This document shows positions 25,627 through 28,784 of a stretch of 28,784 nt of DNA, piece by piece. Positions within the stretch are counted from its first letter, which is position 1, and each line of letters begins with the position of its first letter. Origin of the DNA: a virus (taxonomy: Duplodnaviria; Caudoviricetes); the IMG/VR virus record IMGVR_UViG_3300030372_002240, positions 1 to 28,784 of that record. One strand, written 5' to 3'. The notes beneath the pieces are model-generated. The model did not search any database and had not been told where the DNA came from. It saw nothing but the letters and a program-made list of their open reading frames with translations. The translations under genes and the position numbers were made by a program.

Positions 25627-26172
25627 TTATATTTGTTCTAAAGCTGTTTCTAAATCATTTGCGAAGGCTTTAGTTATGTTATCAGTTTGTTTGTTTAATT
25701 GTTCTGTAAATGGTTTGCTAAAAAATTGTGTGCGTGTTAATCCTCTTTGAAATATAGAGCGCTGTATTAAAAAAGCAAAGCTATCATTTGTAATAAATTT
25801 ACCTTTTGCGTCCCTTCCTTTTAAACCTTTAGTTCTAATCCAACCTTTGATATTCTTTTTAAATTTATTCCAAGTACCACCAAATTTACCACTACCAAAT
25901 CTAAATGGACTTCCTTGACCTCTAGCACGTCCCGAACCTTTAAAACCGCCCACCCCTTTTACGCCTTCATCAACGAATTGCCAATAATCCTCAGCACGTC
26001 CAAACTCAAACTCTAGTGTTACAGAATCTTGTTGATTAGTAACTAGATAATCAAAGTCCCTTGATAATGTTCCTGTTGCATTTTTCTTTTTTTGTTTAAG
26101 AATATTTCGCCCTTCCTTAACAACATTATTGCCAAGTTTCTGTAGTGCTTGTATGGTATTTTTAAACTCCAT
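25627..26172 (-). CDS. Tail completion/neck protein
   Basis: Basic; ATGTL, Y..FVD.GV.G, I.RSIF..G....FFS.PF pattern. Confidence 0.6.
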   Translation of the reverse strand: MEFKNTIQALQKLGNNVVKEGRNILKQKKKNATGTLSRDFDYLVTNQQDSVTLEFEFGRAEDYWQFVDEGVKGVGGFKGSGRARGQGSPFRFGSGKFGGTWNKFKKNIKGWIRTKGLKGRDAKGKFITNDSFAFLIQRSIFQRGLTRTQFFSKPFTEQLNKQTDNITKAFANDLETALEQI

Positions 26173-26663
26173 TATGTATTAGCTTCTATTGGTGCTATGC
26201 AAAGGTTATTCTTATTGTTTACATCTACATTTATTGTAGCACTCCAACCTGTTAATAAGTTATTGAATCTAGCTGTGAATGGTTCACACGTTATAGGTAA
26301 CTGTAGCACCACTTGGTCACCAACCCAAGACTGCGTTGATAAACTTTGTTTAAATTCCGCAATAACATCATTTAAGATTTGTAGTGTTTCTGAATAAGTA
26401 TCAACACGCCCTAATCTTTGTTTATTTGGTGCATCACCAACTTCGTCATTAATCATATCCATTACATATAGGGTAAAAGAATATGTCATAACACCCTGAT
26501 TAACTGTAGCACTTCCTGGCTCTGCATATAGTATATTATAATCACTAGCACCAAGTTTATTAATGTCTACTTCATCTAACAAACCCGAATGAAAGCTATT
26601 AATCTCATAATGCTTTGTTGCTATTGTTTCTAAATACCCGACTACGTTTCTAAAAGTTATCAT
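26172..26663 (-). CDS. Tail terminator-like protein
   Basis: Acidic 163 aa; PF..RF...L.GW...C..P C-terminus; position in tail module. Confidence 0.55.
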   Translation of the reverse strand: MITFRNVVGYLETIATKHYEINSFHSGLLDEVDINKLGASDYNILYAEPGSATVNQGVMTYSFTLYVMDMINDEVGDAPNKQRLGRVDTYSETLQILNDVIAEFKQSLSTQSWVGDQVVLQLPITCEPFTARFNNLLTGWSATINVDVNNKNNLCIAPIEANT

Positions 26664-26898
26664 AGTTGTTACGTTGTTTATTATTATAATCTTGACTATA
26701 AGCCAAGTATGTTAGTACCTCTAGTATTGGTAACCTAGTTATTTTTTCAATGTCTAAGATTGAATTAGACAAGCTATACAAAACATTGTACCAACCCCAC
26801 TTGCTATTCATTGTTACGCCTTTTGTGGTGTCGTGTTTTGAGCTTCCAAAAAGCGGTGCGAAATCTTCGCCAATCTTTCGCCTAAAGTCAAAAAAAAA
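26650..26898 (-). CDS. Frameshifted extension of tail assembly chaperone (gpT-like)
   Basis: -1 frame FDFRRKIGEDFAPLFG...KWGWY begins at the T9 slippery run 26890-26898. Confidence 0.75.
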   Translation of the reverse strand, partial: FFFDFRRKIGEDFAPLFGSSKHDTTKGVTMNSKWGWYNVLYSLSNSILDIEKITRLPILEVLTYLAYSQDYNNKQRNNYDNF

Positions 26899-27395
26899 CC
26901 TAAGCTGCTTAATGCTATATTCATTGGACAATCCTTGAATAGTTCTTCTTTGAATTCTTCAGGGTCGTAAGCCTCTACAGCATACCTGTCATTTACCTTG
27001 TTTGTAACACGTCTATAAAGTATTGACATAATAATATGCAGATTCTCTATAGGTTCTTTACAATATGCTTCTAAATCAATATATTCACCTGTCGTAAGTT
27101 TGCTAAGGTTTGGACAAAACCCATATTGTTCGCCTTTAAATGTAAACAGCTTTTTAAAATCTTGTTTTGTGGGTTCGGTGTCAATCATTTTTTTAATTAT
27201 GTCCATTATCTCTAACAAGTCCGTGTAAGCCATTTTCTTTACAATAAAGGGAGTAGTGTTACATAATAACGCTAAACTCTTTACAACCTTTGTTTTGTCT
27301 GTTCCTTTGCCTTCCTGAATCTTGACATACTTTTGATATGTTCCAATAGTTATGTCTTTCCAATTATCAGGTATTACTAATTTAACCTCTTTCAT
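26814..27395 (-). CDS. Tail assembly chaperone (gpG-like)
   Basis: IP..W.DIT...YQ, YGF.P.L...T.GEYIDLE; contains GGT TTT TTT TTG slippery site. Confidence 0.75.
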   Translation of the reverse strand: MKEVKLVIPDNWKDITIGTYQKYVKIQEGKGTDKTKVVKSLALLCNTTPFIVKKMAYTDLLEIMDIIKKMIDTEPTKQDFKKLFTFKGEQYGFCPNLSKLTTGEYIDLEAYCKEPIENLHIIMSILYRRVTNKVNDRYAVEAYDPEEFKEELFKDCPMNIALSSLGFFLTLGERLAKISHRFLEAQNTTPQKA

Positions 27396-27400
27396 TACTA

Positions 27401-27427
27401 ATAAATATAAAATGTTAATATTTGTTT
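27401..27427 (-). promoter_or_regulatory. Putative late promoter, copy 4
   Basis: AAACAA-N10-TTTATATTTAT, 5 nt before ATG 27395. Confidence 0.75.
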
Positions 27428-27428
27428 T

Positions 27429-28586
27429 TTACAATATATAATATTTGCCACTATGATTAATAGACAGCTTGTTTAAACATAGATAACGTACTGCATCTAC
27501 TAAGTGGTCATTTACTTTTACGGGGGTGTTTAATACATCACCATTTTTATCTGTAGCCCATTTATAGCTTCTAAATTCTTTGATTGCATTTAAACTATCC
27601 TTAGTGATGTTAAGTTTGTATCTACGCATTATGTCAATTCCTAAATGTATTCCTGCTCCCTTTTTGGCGGGTTTTATATTGAAGCCTTGACGATATATTT
27701 CTTCTATTGATTTTGGTTCTGCTGAATCTCCTACTATTTCTGATGTTCTGTCTACTCCTAGTTCTTTCATCTTATTAGCTAAGTCTGTATTAGTCAAACG
27801 CTTTTCATAAAGTAATTCTCTAATATATAAGTTGTCATCTAATTGTCTAACTTCTACTAATGCTGTAGGCGAATTAGTAAAGCCAAAGTCTAATCCATAA
27901 CCAACTAAACGACCTTGTACGTCATCAACAAGTTGAAAGTTTCTGAATATCATTGTCTGTACTGTTCCTATCTCACCTAGTCCATACACACGCCAATAGT
28001 CAGGGTCTATATCTTTTAATCTTTCAATCTCCGCAATAGTATCTTCATCTAAGAATGGATTGGCTTGATATGTAGATTGTAAGAATGTGCAATCATCCCT
28101 AGTATGTACCTTTTCATATATCCAAGAATAAGGATCAGAAGGATTATAATCTAAGTATATCTTTTCTGTTGTTCTAAGTATTAGCTGTTGCCAATCTTCA
28201 TAATGAAATTCGTTCGCTTCATTACACCAAAGATAATGTCTTTTACGACCTCTAATTTTCTGCGGTTGATCTACACTAATAAATTCTATAATGTTACCAT
28301 TGAGGGTATATGATAATTCTGATTTATTATGGTTTTCTTCTGAATATAATTCTAGTTCTTTTAAGATATTCAATACATCACGATATGCTGTACCTTTAAG
28401 GGCAGGGAGTGTCTTTCTGCATATAGTAAATACCTTTCCTGTTTCTTCTAAGCATTTAACAATAAACAATTGACAAAGCGAATAGGTCTTGCTAGAACGC
28501 GTGCCCCCCTGTAAGCATGTGATTCTAGTTTTAGACCTATAAGCCTTGTGAAATACATTTGTTGTCTTAATCTTTGCCTGTGTCAA
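27429..28586 (-). CDS. terL: Terminase large subunit (PBSX/Terminase_3 family)
   Basis: Walker A GGTRSSKT, WCNEANE, DYNP, GLDFG, DSAEP, DHLVDAVRY; TTG start. Confidence 0.95.
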   Translation of the reverse strand: MTQAKIKTTNVFHKAYRSKTRITCLQGGTRSSKTYSLCQLFIVKCLEETGKVFTICRKTLPALKGTAYRDVLNILKELELYSEENHNKSELSYTLNGNIIEFISVDQPQKIRGRKRHYLWCNEANEFHYEDWQQLILRTTEKIYLDYNPSDPYSWIYEKVHTRDDCTFLQSTYQANPFLDEDTIAEIERLKDIDPDYWRVYGLGEIGTVQTMIFRNFQLVDDVQGRLVGYGLDFGFTNSPTALVEVRQLDDNLYIRELLYEKRLTNTDLANKMKELGVDRTSEIVGDSAEPKSIEEIYRQGFNIKPAKKGAGIHLGIDIMRRYKLNITKDSLNAIKEFRSYKWATDKNGDVLNTPVKVNDHLVDAVRYLCLNKLSINHSGKYYIL

Positions 28587-28784
28587 TTACTTGTATAGTT
28601 AAATCGGTTAATGATTTACCACCGCTTGTTATGTCTACTTTCTCTGCATATCCTCTGTCCCTTGCTTTTGACTTCAAGTAAAATATAATACTTGTTTCTT
28701 TTCCACTAGATATGTTTTTAATTAGTTGCCCTTCTACATAATCAATCTGAGCTTCCTTAATATCTTCAACAGCTTGAGCAAATT
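28567..28784 (-). CDS. terS: Terminase small subunit, C-terminal part (5' end outside window)
   Basis: FAQAVEDIKEAQIDYVEGQLIKNISSGKETSIIFYLKSKARDRGYAEKVDITSGG...; overlaps terL start. Confidence 0.8.
   Translation of the reverse strand, partial: FAQAVEDIKEAQIDYVEGQLIKNISSGKETSIIFYLKSKARDRGYAEKVDITSGGKSLTDLTIQVIDTGKD

Larger units (their letters stand above)
1..28784. mobile_element. Near-complete tailed bacteriophage genome (siphovirus-like, probable Bacteroidota host)
   Basis: Terminase, portal, protease, scaffold, capsid, tail, lysis and replication modules fill the window; no host housekeeping genes; TerS appears split over the two ends. Confidence 0.95.

Noticed and set aside
1-28784. 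CRISPR array, tRNA, stop-codon reassignment, diversity-generating retroelement
   Set aside because: No spaced direct repeats, cloverleaf or reverse transcriptase noticed by eye; genes are intact in the standard code with all three stops in use. Dedicated scans were not run

Overview
AT-rich, almost complete genome (about 28.9 kb inferred) of a tailed siphovirus-like phage. The host is probably a Bacteroidota/Flavobacteriia bacterium, judged from TAnnTTTG-type promoters, lack of obvious Shine-Dalgarno sites, a DUF3127 SSB and a T9SS-like sorting tail. The small terminase gene appears split across the two window ends. Almost all genes are on the minus strand, in this order: TerS/TerL, tail chaperone (-1 frameshift), tail completion, Dit/Tal-like, tape measure, protease, scaffold, capsid, tail tube, portal fusion, head-tail adaptor, an unusual envelope cassette, lysis genes and a phosphoesterase. 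A divergent control region follows, with a short plus-strand operon on one side and a replication/modification operon on the other (HTH, SSAP, SSB, initiator with internal iterons, adenine methyltransferase, VRR-NUC, thymidylate-synthase homologue, sigma-like factor, HNH, ParB-like). I recognise no integrase, DNA polymerase, tRNA or CRISPR array. Most notable: (1) a six-gene cassette (outer-membrane barrel, LDLa-like T9SS-tailed protein, an unannotated CDGSH Fe-S microprotein, two membrane proteins, a CXXC-less exported thioredoxin); (2) a thymidylate synthase homologue with the Asn->Asp dCMP-specificity residue; (3) an exact four-copy late promoter motif; (4) a hairpin whose loop is antisense to two early-gene leaders; (5) a probable ATA start codon. 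Product calls come from motif recognition by eye, not database searches.
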